Shown here piece after piece: positions 45,398-58,281 of a DNA stretch of 64,000 nt. Below the pieces are notes generated by a model that was not told where the DNA came from, ran no database searches, and saw nothing but the letters and a program-made list of their open reading frames with translations. Numbering within the stretch: position 1 is the stretch's first letter; every line of letters begins with the position of its first letter. Made by a program: the position numbers and the translations under genes. This DNA comes from an uncultured bacterium (GTDB taxonomy: Bacteria; Babelota; Babeliae; Babelales; Babelaceae), in NCBI GenBank assembly GCA_963824495.1, contig CAWGPQ010000008.1, positions 192,001 to 256,000 on the forward strand, in the 5' to 3' direction.

Positions 45398-45958
45398 TAT
45401 TTTCACTTCTTTTACCACTTAACGAATATTTGGGGACCTTAGCTGATGGTCTGGGCTGTTTCCCTTTTGACCACGAAGCTTATCCCTCGTAGTCTGTCTC
45501 CTGTTTTCTAAAGGTGCGGCATTCAGAGTTAGTAAAAACCTGGTAAGCTTGCGCCCCCAAAGTTTAAACTGTGCTTTACCTCCACACCTGATTCAACAAG
45601 GCTATACCTAAATATATTTCGGGGAGAACCAGCTATTTCCCAGTTTGATTAGCCTTTCACTCCTACCCACACCTCATCCGAGCAGTTTTCAACCTACACC
45701 GGTTCGGACCTCCATCTCATGTAACTGAGACTTCATCCTGGACATGGGTAGCTCACTAGGTTTCGGGTCTATCTCATGCTACTAATGTCGCCCTATTCAG
45801 ACTCGCTTTCGCTACGGCTCCGCTCTTTCTAAGCTTAACCTTGCAATATAAGATAACTCGTTGGCTCATTATGCAAAAGGTACGTGGTCGCGCGTACATA
45901 TACATCGCTTCCACCGCTTGTAGACAATTGGTTTCAGTTTCTATTTCACTCCCCTCCC

Positions 45959-46005
<47 letters not shown>

Positions 46006-46692
46006 TCAAGAAGTATTTAGCCTTACCCGATGGTCTGGGCAGATTCCCGCAGAATTTCACGTGCTCTACGGTACTTGGGAGTATGTACTCATATGGTATA
46101 ATAGCTTTTCGCTTACAAGGCTGTCACTTTCTTTGGCTGCCCTTTCCAGAGCAATTCAACTAAGTTATATACCGCTATGCCAAAAATTGCGTTTTTTGGA
46201 CATACATATCCCGCTACCCCTAAAGTACAACACACGCAAGTTATCACGTACTTTACATTTAGGCTGTTCCCCTTTCGCTCACCACTACTGAGGGAATCAC
46301 TTCGTTTTCTTTTCCTAGCGCTACTGAGATGTTTCAGTTCACGCCGTTCGCCCTCTTACCCTATGTATTCAGATAAGAATATCTTGGGTTTTCCAAGGTG
46401 GGTTTCCCCATTCGGATATCTCCGGATCACAGCTTGGTTGACAGCTCCCCGAAGCTTATGGCAGCCTCCCGCCTCCTTCATCGCCTCTTGATGCCAAGGC
46501 ATCCACCAAAAGCCCTTTTCAATTAATCACAAACTTTATACTTTCGTAACTCAGTTTTTGTATATCAGGACTATTACATTACAAATATTTCAAAGAACAC
46601 AAGAAATTTTTCTTACTTATATAGTATAACAGAAATCACACGAAATTCTAGTCTAAAAGCACATAATTAAAGCAAGCTTAAAACAAGAAAAA

Positions 46693-46725
46693 TGGCCTGT
46701 CATCCGTAGGCTGAGCGTAGGATGG
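46693..46725. repeat. Palindromic mini-element at tRNA-Ala 3' end
   Basis: TGG-CCTGTCATCCGTAGGCTGAGCGTAGGA-TGG. Confidence 0.75.
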
Positions 46726-46798
46726 TGGAGATGATCGGATTCGAACCGATGACCTTCCGCGTGCAAAGCGGACGCTCTACCAACTGAGCTACACCCCC
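46723..46798 (-). tRNA. tRNA-Ala(TGC)
   Basis: rRNA spacer tRNA with CCA end. Confidence 0.95.
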
Positions 46799-46825
46799 AT
46801 ACTTAAAGGAGGAAGTCTTGGCGAT

Positions 46826-46858
46826 TGGCACGCCATCCGTAGCTTTAGCGTAGGATGG
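46826..46858. repeat. Palindromic mini-element at tRNA-Ile 3' end
   Basis: TGG-CACGCCATCCGTAGCTTTAGCGTAGGA-TGG. Confidence 0.75.
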
Positions 46859-46932
46859 TGGGCCTAAGTCGACTTGAACGACTGACCTCCCCGTTATCAG
46901 CGGGGTGCTCTATCCACCTGAGCTATAGGCCC
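46856..46932 (-). tRNA. tRNA-Ile(GAT)
   Basis: rRNA spacer tRNA with CCA end. Confidence 0.95.
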
Positions 46933-47058
46933 CGATTGGTAGTTAAGCCTATTGAGCTAGCTATTATAGTCTACGATCTTGCATTCTCTGTACAATTTAA
47001 TGATTCACACCTTATTAAATAGTATTACCTATTTATTAAGATTTTAGATTCTCCCTCG

Positions 47059-48585
<1,527 letters not shown>

Positions 48586-48686
48586 TAAAAATTATTAGAG
48601 AAATCGCAAGATCGTAGACTAAACTTTAGAATTTATTGGAAATTTCCTGTGTATTTCAAAGATAAATTTTGATCAACTATACTACT

Positions 48687-48900
48687 AGTATAATCACATT
48701 TAAATTCATGTCAATCAGATCCAGCAACTAATTACTGACGATCTTTCTTCTGACTATTCATAGTATAGTATAACTACGTAGTGAATTATGTCAAACTTTC
48801 GTTAGTTCACTAAAACTAAACCGAAATGATTTCAACTTCTTCTTAAGTACTTCGAACTTAAGGACAGATAAAATTATACCTTTATTAGAGGCGAAGTCAA
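48687..48900 (-). promoter_or_regulatory. Three tandem sigma70 rRNA promoters
   Basis: TTGACT-16-TATAAT (48900-48873); TTGACA-16-TATACT (48794-48767 and 48714-48687). Confidence 0.75.
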
Positions 48901-48907
48901 CATTTTT

Positions 48908-49516
48908 TTAAACTTTTTTAAAATCTCTTTTTGCCAGGAAAAAATGAGCAAGCTCTTGTGATACGAGCATCTCAAGATCGCTCAGTGCCTTTTCAAATTT
49001 TTCGTTAATAATAGAGTACGTAAAAAACCCTGATTTCTGCTCTTCCTGACGCTCTTGTCGAGCAAGCTCAAGGCGAAATTCACGTTCAGCTAGCGAGTCT
49101 GTTGCCCTGCTTATAAGTCTTTCCTCAAGCGTCTTCATATCATGTACATCAAGCCATATCAACACAGAATTTTTGACCTGCAGGGCTACCTCTTGCGCCC
49201 CCTGACGATCAAGAATAAGAATTAACGACACGCCTTCTTTAAGTTTGGCTATCAGTGATCGCGGAGAACCATACTGTGCTCCATACGCACCACTCCACTC
49301 AAGAAAAAAGTTTTCGTTTTTTTTCTGCTCAAACTCGCGCTCACTAATAAAGTAATAATCTTTTCCATGAACTTCACCCGCACGAAGCTGCCTTGTTGTA
49401 TACGTTACGCAGCGCTCAAGAAGATACTCTTTGCCAAGACGCTCAATAAGCGCACTTACTAGACTCGTCTTACCCGCACCGGAAGGGGCAGAGACCACAA
49501 AAAGCTTACCATCCAT
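48908..49516 (-). CDS. gmk: Guanylate kinase
   Basis: SAPSGAGKT, TTR..R.GE.HG.DYYF. Confidence 0.93.
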   Translation of the reverse strand: MDGKLFVVSAPSGAGKTSLVSALIERLGKEYLLERCVTYTTRQLRAGEVHGKDYYFISEREFEQKKNENFFLEWSGAYGAQYGSPRSLIAKLKEGVSLILILDRQGAQEVALQVKNSVLIWLDVHDMKTLEERLISRATDSLAEREFRLELARQERQEEQKSGFFTYSIINEKFEKALSDLEMLVSQELAHFFLAKRDFKKV

Positions 49517-49706
49517 CTGCTTATCTCTCTCGTATACCTAGTTACACGGTTACACACTCCAGAGACCTTCCATGGTCCTCTCTTATCTCTTAATTATACA
49601 GTTAATTATTATTACTGGCAAAATATGCAACTCTTTGAACAATAGTGTCTATTGTGCTATCTTACTCTAGACAGCAATAATAACCTATAACTTTAATAGA
49701 CCACCT

Positions 49707-50795
49707 ATGCTTGTAGACGAACTTAAAGAAAAACTTAAAAGCAGCGAACCTGATCTTCTTACTATTAAGAGTTTCTGGCAAACCTCTTCACATGAAGAAG
49801 AATTTCAGCGTCTTTATGCTTTAAGCACAGAAGAAAATTTCTGGCAGAACCCCCAGCAGGCAAGTATTCTTAAATCATTGCAAAAAGTTCGCCAGCAACG
49901 AGATCGCTACCTAGAGCTTCTTTCTGCTCACCAAGAGCTTGAAGAACTTATTACACTCTTTGAATATGATGAAGCAGAACTGGCTAAGCTGCGCGAAGAA
50001 GTTTTCCGTCACGCTAAGCTACTTACACGCTTTAAAGTAGCCCTTTTGCTCAGCGGCGAGCAAGATGATGCCAACTGTTTCTTAAGTATTAATGCGGGAG
50101 CAGGGGGAACAGAATCGCAAGATTGGTCAGACGTGCTACTGCGCATGTATCTCCGATTTTGCGAGCGTGAAAAGCTTGCCGTTTCCGTTATAGACTATCA
50201 GGCAGGCGAGGGTGCGGGTATTAAATCAGCAACGCTCTTTGTCCAAGGCAACCACGCTTACGGTCTTCTTAAGTGCGAGCAGGGCATACATCGCTTAGTG
50301 CGCATCTCGCCTTATGACGCAAACAAGCGACGCCATACGTCATTTGCTGGTGTTTTTGCTACACCAGAAGTACCCAATATTCAAATTACTATTGACCCCA
50401 AAGATATACGTATCGACACCTATCGAGCTGGTGGCGCCGGAGGCCAGCACGTCAACAAAACTGACTCTGCTGTTCGCATTACCCATTTTCCTTCGGGCAT
50501 CGTTGTTCAATGCCAAAATGAACGATCTCAAACACAAAACAAAGAAACTGCCATGAAAATGCTCATGGCACGCTTAGTTCAGAAAGACAAAGAAGAGCAG
50601 CAAGCGAAACTTGCTTCTGTTGAAAAGAAAAAAATTGAATGGGGCTCACAAATTCGCTCATATGTCTTGCATCCCTATAAACTCGTCAAAGATCATAGAA
50701 CCGATCTAGAATCACCCCAACCAGAACTTATACTAGATGGCGATCTCATGTCATTTATTGAAGCATATCTTATTCATGCTCATTTAAATGAATAG
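49707..50795 (+). CDS. prfB: Peptide chain release factor 2 (uninterrupted ORF)
   Basis: GAGGTESQDW, SPY, GGQHVN, WGSQIRSY. Confidence 0.96.
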   Translation: MLVDELKEKLKSSEPDLLTIKSFWQTSSHEEEFQRLYALSTEENFWQNPQQASILKSLQKVRQQRDRYLELLSAHQELEELITLFEYDEAELAKLREEVFRHAKLLTRFKVALLLSGEQDDANCFLSINAGAGGTESQDWSDVLLRMYLRFCEREKLAVSVIDYQAGEGAGIKSATLFVQGNHAYGLLKCEQGIHRLVRISPYDANKRRHTSFAGVFATPEVPNIQITIDPKDIRIDTYRAGGAGGQHVNKTDSAVRITHFPSGIVVQCQNERSQTQNKETAMKMLMARLVQKDKEEQQAKLASVEKKKIEWGSQIRSYVLHPYKLVKDHRTDLESPQPELILDGDLMSFIEAYLIHAHLNE

Positions 50796-50819
50796 TTCAT
50801 GTACACTTAATCAGATGCT

Positions 50820-51629
50820 TTAATGAGCACCACACTGCTCGAGTAGCCCACTAATAGCAGCATGATCTCGCTCAATTGCTGATATCAAATCAGTTGTCAT
50901 TCTAATTATTAGCACGATTAACGTCAGCGCCAGCTGCTATAAGCAACCCAACTATATTTGTATGCCCATGCTCCATTGCTAATGTAAGAGCAGTAGAGCC
51001 ATCGCTACGGGCATGATTCATGTCAGCTTCGTGCTCTATAAGCAGTCTAACCGCATCTATGTGCCCATTTCGACTGGCCAGTATAAGCGCGGTATCATCC
51101 TGGAAATCCGCATGATTAACATCAGCGTCATACGCTATAAGCAGTCTAACTATATCAGTATGACCATTATGAGCCGCCCACATAAGAGCAGTGCGGCCCA
51201 AACTATCTTCACTATTAACATCAGCACCCTCAGCAATTGCTTCTTCAGTAGCTTCGATATTTCCGCCCTCTGCGGCCCTAAGTAAAGCCTTGCTTGCAAA
51301 AGCGGCTTCGAAGCTATACCTATAATATTCAGGACCATAGCCTGAGGGTGGGGTATACTGAGCCGTGGTTGATGCTTTACCTATAGACTTTTCGTAGGCA
51401 TCAGTAATGTTAATAAACAACTCCTGCGCTTCCTGCTTCTCCTTAGGAGCTTTAAATTTGTCTGGATGACACTTAAGAGCGAAGCTATAATATGCTTTTT
51501 TAATACTACCAGCAGAACTAGATAGCACTGCTTGGCCTAACTCATTACATGTACTTAATTGATCTTGTGCCCTTGTAGCAAAAAAACGGTACTTGCAAGT
51601 ATGATACTAAAAATAATCTTGATCATCAT
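50820..51629 (-). pseudogene. Secreted J-domain plus ankyrin protein with two frameshifts
   Basis: RBS and ATG at 51629; shift in the A7 run at 51580-51586; CHPDKF; shift near 50902 recovers AIERDHAAISGLLEQCGAH, like the paralog C-terminus. Confidence 0.75.
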
Positions 51630-52013
51630 GATCTCCTTATAGTAATCGTGAGATTAATTAATAACACAAAGCTCAATCAATTTCTGATTCTGATTCTGAA
51701 GAACGCGCTTGATGTAGTTACACAGTATCCTGAGCAACTAAAAATAAACCTACCTATTACACCGATTTTAACATATAATAATTTCATTCTGCAATAATTG
51801 CTATATAAAAATATCTTGATCAGCAAAGTAGACAGTCAGCATGTCGATAAAGCTAACGTGAAATAGTCCATGGGCAATAACACTCGTCAAAGTGCTCTAC
51901 CAGTGCTCTTAGTGAAAAGCTTTCTTTCGCAAAAGCATAAATTTATTGAATATTTCAAATTAAAAATGATATGCTATACTTGTTGTTACATGTATATATA
52001 AAGGAAGAAAAAT

Positions 52014-53201
52014 ATGTTTAAGCAAAGCGTAAGTACTTTTATACTGTTGCTAAGTTTTTTTACGGGGCTCCAGGGTATTGCCAAGCGTTTGTCGATTTTT
52101 GAGAAACCGATGCCATCAGGTGTACAACGGGTCATACTCTATTATGATCAACATTACCCAAACAAAGCCCTTGCTCAAGAACAAGCACGTACTATAGTGC
52201 AATCCTGTCAACAACCTAATAGTATCTTGCTTTTAGAATCAGCACCACCTGATCAGTTTGTTCTTCAAGAAAAGGTTTATACTCTAACCCAAATATCAAA
52301 TACCTATCTTCCTCAAGCGCAAGGTATGGCTGAAGCTTTCGGCAAACCTGAAGATACGCTTATTTTTCAACTTAACCAGAATGCAAAAGCCGATAGCACT
52401 AAGTTTCTCGATAAACGAGCTCCACTTTTAGCTCTTCAATCTTTAACAACAATGCTGGTTGAGCTACCCTTTTTCAAAAGAAATACCAAATACTATAACT
52501 ATATCAAACAACAAATCCCTACATTTAATCTCTCTGTTGAGCAATTTTGGGCATCACATGCTCGCTTTTTTGAACACGCGCTCATAACCACACAAAATCT
52601 AAGAAAACTTGTTAAAGATAAAGTAACAAGAAAAATGCTTGATAGTCTTTTGCACAAGATTGAACAAGTAGGGCAACTTATAGCAGTAGGACAAGAACAA
52701 TTTGCTCCTTACAACGAATTACCATGGGCACAGCTCATTTTTGATCAAGCACAAGATCTCTATAATCAATCAGATGGGATAATACAGGCACGTGATCTTA
52801 GTAGTGATGTACTTGGCGAGGCAGAATACCTGTTAATGAACTACTTACAGGCAGGCACTGAGGAAACAAATCTTTTGTTTGATATTTTTGTTCTTGCTGA
52901 GATTCTCTCTCCATCCGCGCCACGCCATGTATGCGTGGTAGCAGGATTTGTTCATGGCGACACCATAAGTGAAATGCTCCTTCGGCAGGGCTATACGCTT
53001 CTTTACGATTCGGGCTTTATTCTTACCAATGGAGAGATTATTCCCGATTCAAAGACATTATTAGAGGAAGTTAGCATGGAATATGGACATTTACCGACCG
53101 CACAAAAATTAGAAAAGTTTTATGCTTTCATCAAGCCCCTTTCGTCACAAGAATTAGGCCATGCCCAAAAAAGTAGAAAAGAACTTGAAGAGCATCCGTA
53201 A
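52014..53201 (+). CDS. Hypothetical secreted protein (weak TraB/ChaN-like motifs)
   Basis: Signal peptide; YDQH, LLES, VVAGFVH. Confidence 0.55.
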   Translation: MFKQSVSTFILLLSFFTGLQGIAKRLSIFEKPMPSGVQRVILYYDQHYPNKALAQEQARTIVQSCQQPNSILLLESAPPDQFVLQEKVYTLTQISNTYLPQAQGMAEAFGKPEDTLIFQLNQNAKADSTKFLDKRAPLLALQSLTTMLVELPFFKRNTKYYNYIKQQIPTFNLSVEQFWASHARFFEHALITTQNLRKLVKDKVTRKMLDSLLHKIEQVGQLIAVGQEQFAPYNELPWAQLIFDQAQDLYNQSDGIIQARDLSSDVLGEAEYLLMNYLQAGTEETNLLFDIFVLAEILSPSAPRHVCVVAGFVHGDTISEMLLRQGYTLLYDSGFILTNGEIIPDSKTLLEEVSMEYGHLPTAQKLEKFYAFIKPLSSQELGHAQKSRKELEEHP

Positions 53202-53232
53202 TAAGTATTCGGCCATTAACTATTTTAATATT

Positions 53233-54279
53233 TTAATAGGCACCGTAGCGCTCAAGCAGTTCGACAACCACTGGGTGATGCTCTTCGATTGCCATCTGTA
53301 AGGCAGTCTTGCCATTACCATCGACACGGTTAACATCAGCTTTATGGTGTATAAGAAGCTCAACTAGATCTGCATATCCATGCCAAGCCGCAACCATAAG
53401 AGGGGTAAGACCAAATGTATCGGTAAGGTTAACGTCAGCACCATGCTCTAACAGCAGCTTGACGATATCTTTAAGCCCACGTTCAATTGCAAGCATAAGA
53501 GCCGGGCCTCCCAACCCCCTGCGAGCGTAATTTATATCTACATTATGCTCAACAAGCAACTCAACGATAGGCACGTGTCTATTCATTATCGCTAATGACA
53601 GGGGGGTATTTCCATAGCCATTAACGTGATTAACGTCAGCTTTACTGTTTACAAGCACACGAGCTATCTCTAAGTCCCCATTACTAGCCGCATATGTGAG
53701 TGCTGTATAATCATCACGATTGACGAGATCAGGGCTTGCGCCACGTGTTAAAAGCAGCTCAACTATCTCAGGATGGCGACCAATAACTGCCCACATAAGA
53801 GCAGTGGTGCCATTTCGATCTGCACTATTAATGTTAGCACCTCGATCAAGCACTTGCTTAACATACTTTACCATACCCGACTTTACCGCTTTAATCAATA
53901 ATGGATCTAAAGCGGCTACTTCCTCTGGCTCTGCCGGTTCTCTGCCTATAGCTCCTTCATAAGCATCAGTAATGTAAATAAAGAACTCCTGTGCTTTCTG
54001 CTTTTCTTTAGGAGTTTTAAATTTATCGGGGTGACAGGTAACGGCAAACCTACGATATGCCCTTTTAACGTAATCGACAGAACGAGCAGCTACTACCTCT
54101 TGGCCTAATTTATTGCATCTTTCAAACGAGCTCATCTCTTTGGTGCCAACACCGCTTTGCGTCCCTGTTTGTATAATACTACGCTCTTGCGCATAAGAAA
54201 GCGTAACCCACTTCGTACTCAAACCAGCACTCAAAAGTATACTTACGCATGCAATCTTTACTACAGTTCTGTTCTTCAT
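53233..54279 (-). CDS. Secreted J-domain plus ankyrin repeat protein
   Basis: Signal peptide; VKRAYRRFAVTCHPDK..F..ITDAYE; about 7 ankyrin repeats. Confidence 0.9.
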   Translation of the reverse strand: MKNRTVVKIACVSILLSAGLSTKWVTLSYAQERSIIQTGTQSGVGTKEMSSFERCNKLGQEVVAARSVDYVKRAYRRFAVTCHPDKFKTPKEKQKAQEFFIYITDAYEGAIGREPAEPEEVAALDPLLIKAVKSGMVKYVKQVLDRGANINSADRNGTTALMWAVIGRHPEIVELLLTRGASPDLVNRDDYTALTYAASNGDLEIARVLVNSKADVNHVNGYGNTPLSLAIMNRHVPIVELLVEHNVDINYARRGLGGPALMLAIERGLKDIVKLLLEHGADVNLTDTFGLTPLMVAAWHGYADLVELLIHHKADVNRVDGNGKTALQMAIEEHHPVVVELLERYGAY

Positions 54280-54317
54280 ACTTTTTCCTCATTTCCCCTA
54301 AAATAATCATGAATAAA

Positions 54318-54692
54318 CTACGCGTAATCCCACCAATCACCGTTTTTGTAAATATCAGCACCTACCTGAAGCGTCATGTCCTCAAGATTTGTTATAGTTA
54401 CGACTTTATTACCACATTTGGGAAGTATCCCAAAATCAATGAAAGCTCGATCATTTACGACTACTTTCTCTAAGCAACAGCCATCCTGATGACGATCTGT
54501 TGGCTTAAGCTCGATAGGTTGAGTAGTATTAGCCTTAATAGAAGTACTTAAACGTGCCTTTGCACAGGCAAGATCAAGAATAACGTCAACGTTATAACCA
54601 GTTTTGTTTGTTACCGTATAGATGTAAGCTTTTGTAGGCTGACTATACCAGCATACTATACTGAGAACTATGCTATAAAATACTTTTTTCAT
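54318..54692 (-). CDS. Small secreted Cys-rich protein
   Basis: Signal peptide; C..CC..CGN pattern shared with 62613 and 63100. Confidence 0.7.
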   Translation of the reverse strand: MKKVFYSIVLSIVCWYSQPTKAYIYTVTNKTGYNVDVILDLACAKARLSTSIKANTTQPIELKPTDRHQDGCCLEKVVVNDRAFIDFGILPKCGNKVVTITNLEDMTLQVGADIYKNGDWWDYA

Positions 54693-54702
54693 CCGGTTCC
54701 TT

Positions 54703-55290
54703 TCATGAGGTTATTATAGCTTGCTTACTACGAGAATCAATTGTTATCGTATAAATTTTGCCATTTTCGGGTGCCGTTAATGTAGCTGAAGCATATACAG
54801 GAACAGTTATTGGATTACATGCCGGAGCAGGTTCGCCCTCAATTATATACTCAGGACATGGGGGATATTCTATGCGCGTTGCTCCCGTTGGATAGTTAGT
54901 CTGAATAGCATAAGAAAGACTTTTGCTATCTCCAAAGTGATTTACAATATACGTATTGGGATAGGGCGTCGGCCATCCTGTGCTTGCATCCTGTCGAACG
55001 TCACCATCGGGCAATACTATAGTAATACTATCGACAAGCGATGGAATAGATGCCGAAGGCAAAGTTACCAAAACACCCTGATTATTTCTTGCTTTACCAG
55101 AAATCCATTCTGTTGCCGGCTCAAGCTCCTGACAATTTCCTTCAAAACACAGGGTTTGGGCAACAACGCCCCTCAAAGAAATAGGCGTCCCCGTTTTATT
55201 AACTATAGTAAATTGTTTTGTGTAGGTACTATGACCTACTCCCGTCAAGCAGCCAAGACCCATTACTATTAGGGCAAATCTTTTAATCAT
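54703..55290 (-). CDS. Hypothetical secreted beta-rich protein
   Basis: Signal peptide; FTIVNKTG mature start resembles the neighbouring gene. Confidence 0.65.
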   Translation of the reverse strand: MIKRFALIVMGLGCLTGVGHSTYTKQFTIVNKTGTPISLRGVVAQTLCFEGNCQELEPATEWISGKARNNQGVLVTLPSASIPSLVDSITIVLPDGDVRQDASTGWPTPYPNTYIVNHFGDSKSLSYAIQTNYPTGATRIEYPPCPEYIIEGEPAPACNPITVPVYASATLTAPENGKIYTITIDSRSKQAIITS

Positions 55291-55424
55291 TAGTTTTTCC
55301 TGCTTTTTAAGTATTTATAGAAATTGAACTTACAATAATTATTTTATCACTGTGTTTGTTCAATTTGCAATAATATATAATAACAGGTTGTTTAATGGAG
55401 TAGAGTTTCTCGTGAAACCTATTT

Positions 55425-55511
55425 TGGTGCCGAGGACCGGAGTCGAACCGGTACAGTGTTACCACCACAGGCTTCTGAGACCTGCGCGTCTACCAATTTC
55501 GCCACCTCGGC
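55425..55511 (-). tRNA. tRNA-Leu(CAG)
   Basis: Class II cloverleaf with CCA end. Confidence 0.95.
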
Positions 55512-55524
55512 ATATACGAAAGCT

Positions 55525-55881
55525 CTACGTAACGCTGATAAGAAACTCTTCTAGCCTATGACCTGCCAAAAAATGAGCATGGAGGTGAAAAACTTTCTGG
55601 CCTGCCTTATAACCATTATTAATCAAGAACTTAAAATCATGAGCTTCAGGTATATCATGTGAAAGCTTTTTTGCCATTAAAAGCATATCAGCACCAAGAT
55701 AACCATCATGATACTCAAGTGAACCAAGATCTTTAATATGTTTTTTTGGCATAATCAAGTAGTGAATAGACGCCTTGGGGGCAATATCTTGAATCACTAA
55801 GATATCATCAGTTTCAGCCACCATAGTGCTGGGGATTTCTCGAGCGATAATCTTACAAAAAATACAATCTGGTACTCTCAT
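55525..55881 (-). CDS. HIT family nucleotide-binding protein
   Basis: CIFCKII, HLHAH triad; ATG at 55881 downstream of the tRNA. Confidence 0.92.
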   Translation of the reverse strand: MRVPDCIFCKIIAREIPSTMVAETDDILVIQDIAPKASIHYLIMPKKHIKDLGSLEYHDGYLGADMLLMAKKLSHDIPEAHDFKFLINNGYKAGQKVFHLHAHFLAGHRLEEFLISVT

Positions 55882-55891
55882 AGGTCTTATC

Positions 55892-55978
55892 TGGTGCCGG
55901 GGGTCGGACTCGAACCGACATGATGTTGCCATCGCGGGATTTTGAGTCCCGTGCGTCTGCCAATTTCGCCACCCCGGC
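55892..55978 (-). tRNA. tRNA-Leu(CAA)
   Basis: Class II cloverleaf with CCA end. Confidence 0.95.
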
Positions 55979-56138
55979 TTGTTATGTCTCTTGGATACTG
56001 GCTCTATGATACTACAAAGGAAGATTTCGTCAATTTTTCACCCTGTATTAATCTATTTTTTTAAAACATTGATTAATTAAGCAATATTTTAGTACAGTAT
56101 TTTTATATTAGATTATTTTTAATAAAAAGGAGAGAGTA

Positions 56139-56924
56139 ATGAATATGATATGGTATAGAAGTACACTATTTATACTGGTAGCTCTTGGTTTTGGGTTATT
56201 ACAGGCACAACAACCTCAAGAACAGAAACAAGCCTTAGGTGCCCCATCACAAGACACACAAGGCTTGATTGCACAAGCTAGTGATTATCTGAGCTCATGG
56301 TGGAAGACCATTAGTCAACAAGCAGCTTCAGCCCAACAACGTCTTGGTGAATTGTGGCAATCAGCTCGTGAATCAACAATTTCATGGTTTAGTGCCAATG
56401 CAAGTTCTTTAAGAAATCAAGCAAATAATCTTTTAGACTTTTTGAGAGAAAACGTTTCAACGACCCTTAATTTTATAGAGGCAAGCCATGAAACAGGGTT
56501 TACTATTTCTCCAAGTCAATTGAGTAAAACAAGTCAGCAGCTAGAGTTATTGCGTGGCCAGGCATCAGCACTCGTTGCACAAGCATCTAAGCTTGTTAGC
56601 AAAGCAGCACAAGCAATTGGCTTGCCCTTATCAGTTACTGTAGCCGTAGCTGCATCAAACCTTATTCCTGTAGCTGTTGCTTCACGCCAACTTTCTGCAG
56701 TTAATGCGGCGATTATCACAGCCTTTTACTGGGCAAGCACTAATGCCTACGAATTCATCAAAGAGCTACAAGAACAGGTGCTTAATGGAGGATTTTTCGA
56801 TGAAGGACACATAAACACAGCTCTACGAGAAGCACAAAGACAATTACAGGAAGCAGAAAGTACCCTTTATACGTTAGAAAATATAGATAAATTAAGCCAG
56901 GCGTATAAAACATCGGCTCTTTAA
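56139..56924 (+). CDS. Hypothetical secreted helical protein
   Basis: AAGGAG RBS, signal peptide, amphipathic Q/A/S-rich helices. Confidence 0.65.
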   Translation: MNMIWYRSTLFILVALGFGLLQAQQPQEQKQALGAPSQDTQGLIAQASDYLSSWWKTISQQAASAQQRLGELWQSARESTISWFSANASSLRNQANNLLDFLRENVSTTLNFIEASHETGFTISPSQLSKTSQQLELLRGQASALVAQASKLVSKAAQAIGLPLSVTVAVAASNLIPVAVASRQLSAVNAAIITAFYWASTNAYEFIKELQEQVLNGGFFDEGHINTALREAQRQLQEAESTLYTLENIDKLSQAYKTSAL

Positions 56925-57009
56925 AGAAAAAGAACCTGCCTTAGAAATATTTAAAAATATATATCACATGTTATTTGACAAATATTACTAAGACTTTATT
57001 ATAGAGTAC

Positions 57010-57765
57010 ATGAACTATGTACTCTATGGCTTAATTTTTCTCTCTTTAACCAGTATCTTGAGTATCAACTCAATCTCACATACTAGCTCATGTGCTCATG
57101 ACAGTAGCCAAGAGCACGCACAAGCCGGCGCAGAAATCCAAGTCCAGCGCGAGTTGTGCGAGCAGCGTATTCGCACGCTGCTGCAAGGCATGCATGTTGC
57201 AAATTGGCATACCATACCACTAGAGATAACTCCAGGAAACACTCTCGATGTGCATGTACTTAGGGGACTAAGAGTAGGAACTGATTATTGCCTTATAAGA
57301 CCTCTACGTGAAACCCGCGCTGCATTAGGTCATGAAATAATTCACTACCAAGAAAAGCATAATCTTATTATGATAGGGGCTGCCCTTCTGTTCGTGCTTA
57401 TATTGTGCATAATTGCTCAAAAATATTCACGCGTACTAGCAGGTTATGGATTAACCGGAAAGCGCCATTTAGTTATTATTGTGCTTTTTTCCGTACAATT
57501 TTATACATTACTATCACGGCAGCTAGAAAAAAGAGCTGATCTTATAAGCGCAACGCGCTATAACTCTGCTCCTGAGCTTATAAAAATTTTAGAGGAAGCA
57601 TATGTCCATGAACAAACTCTAAAAAGCTCTACTAACATTACGAGCACATTAAACAGGTACCTTGAAAATGTGCTCCAAGCACTCTTTATACATGATCACC
57701 CGTCGATTCAAGATCGTATAGATTATCTCAAGCCATTAGCAGAAAAGCAATACTATTCTACGTAA
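57010..57765 (+). CDS. M48-like membrane zinc metalloprotease
   Basis: GHEIIH, two TM helices, EKRAD, HPSIQDRI. Confidence 0.75.
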   Translation: MNYVLYGLIFLSLTSILSINSISHTSSCAHDSSQEHAQAGAEIQVQRELCEQRIRTLLQGMHVANWHTIPLEITPGNTLDVHVLRGLRVGTDYCLIRPLRETRAALGHEIIHYQEKHNLIMIGAALLFVLILCIIAQKYSRVLAGYGLTGKRHLVIIVLFSVQFYTLLSRQLEKRADLISATRYNSAPELIKILEEAYVHEQTLKSSTNITSTLNRYLENVLQALFIHDHPSIQDRIDYLKPLAEKQYYST

Positions 57766-58281
57766 GGATCAACAGTGTACTACATAAAGAAACCTTTCAG
57801 TTCGCTTGGGCTTTATAGTTTATAAAACTCTGTAATTGAGCCCAAGACCAACGATGCAAACGGTAACGCATACGTTTTCCTACTTTAATTCGCTTAAGGA
57901 TATTTGTGGGGGAGCACATTTGCACAAGCTCCCATGCGTATGCGATGGCGAAATGCTTCTGATATACAGAATAAGCATTACCATCTTTACTGTCCTCACT
58001 ACTACGCTATTGCTGATTTTGATACTATTGACCCAGAGACACAGAAAGATATTATTATCATTCCTGTTGCTCAAGAAATTCCAGAAGCTTTCAGAAAACA
58101 GATTAAACCTTTTATTATATTTAATATTGAAACAATCGCAGCAACGGCAATTTCATCTCTAGCACTGCTGATTCTTTATATCACTAATCAATGTACCAAT
58201 CAACGTACGTGCTAAGCCTATTTGCTTACGTATAAAAATATAGCGTGACGTGCTATTTTCAAGATCTGAATTAGCCATGAA

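Noticed and set aside
55882..55932. N-terminal extension of the HIT ORF
   Set aside because: Overlaps tRNA-Leu(CAA)
57836..58215. Overlapping short ORFs downstream of the second M48-like gene
   Set aside because: No recognisable motif or clear start; cannot tell which frame, if any, is real
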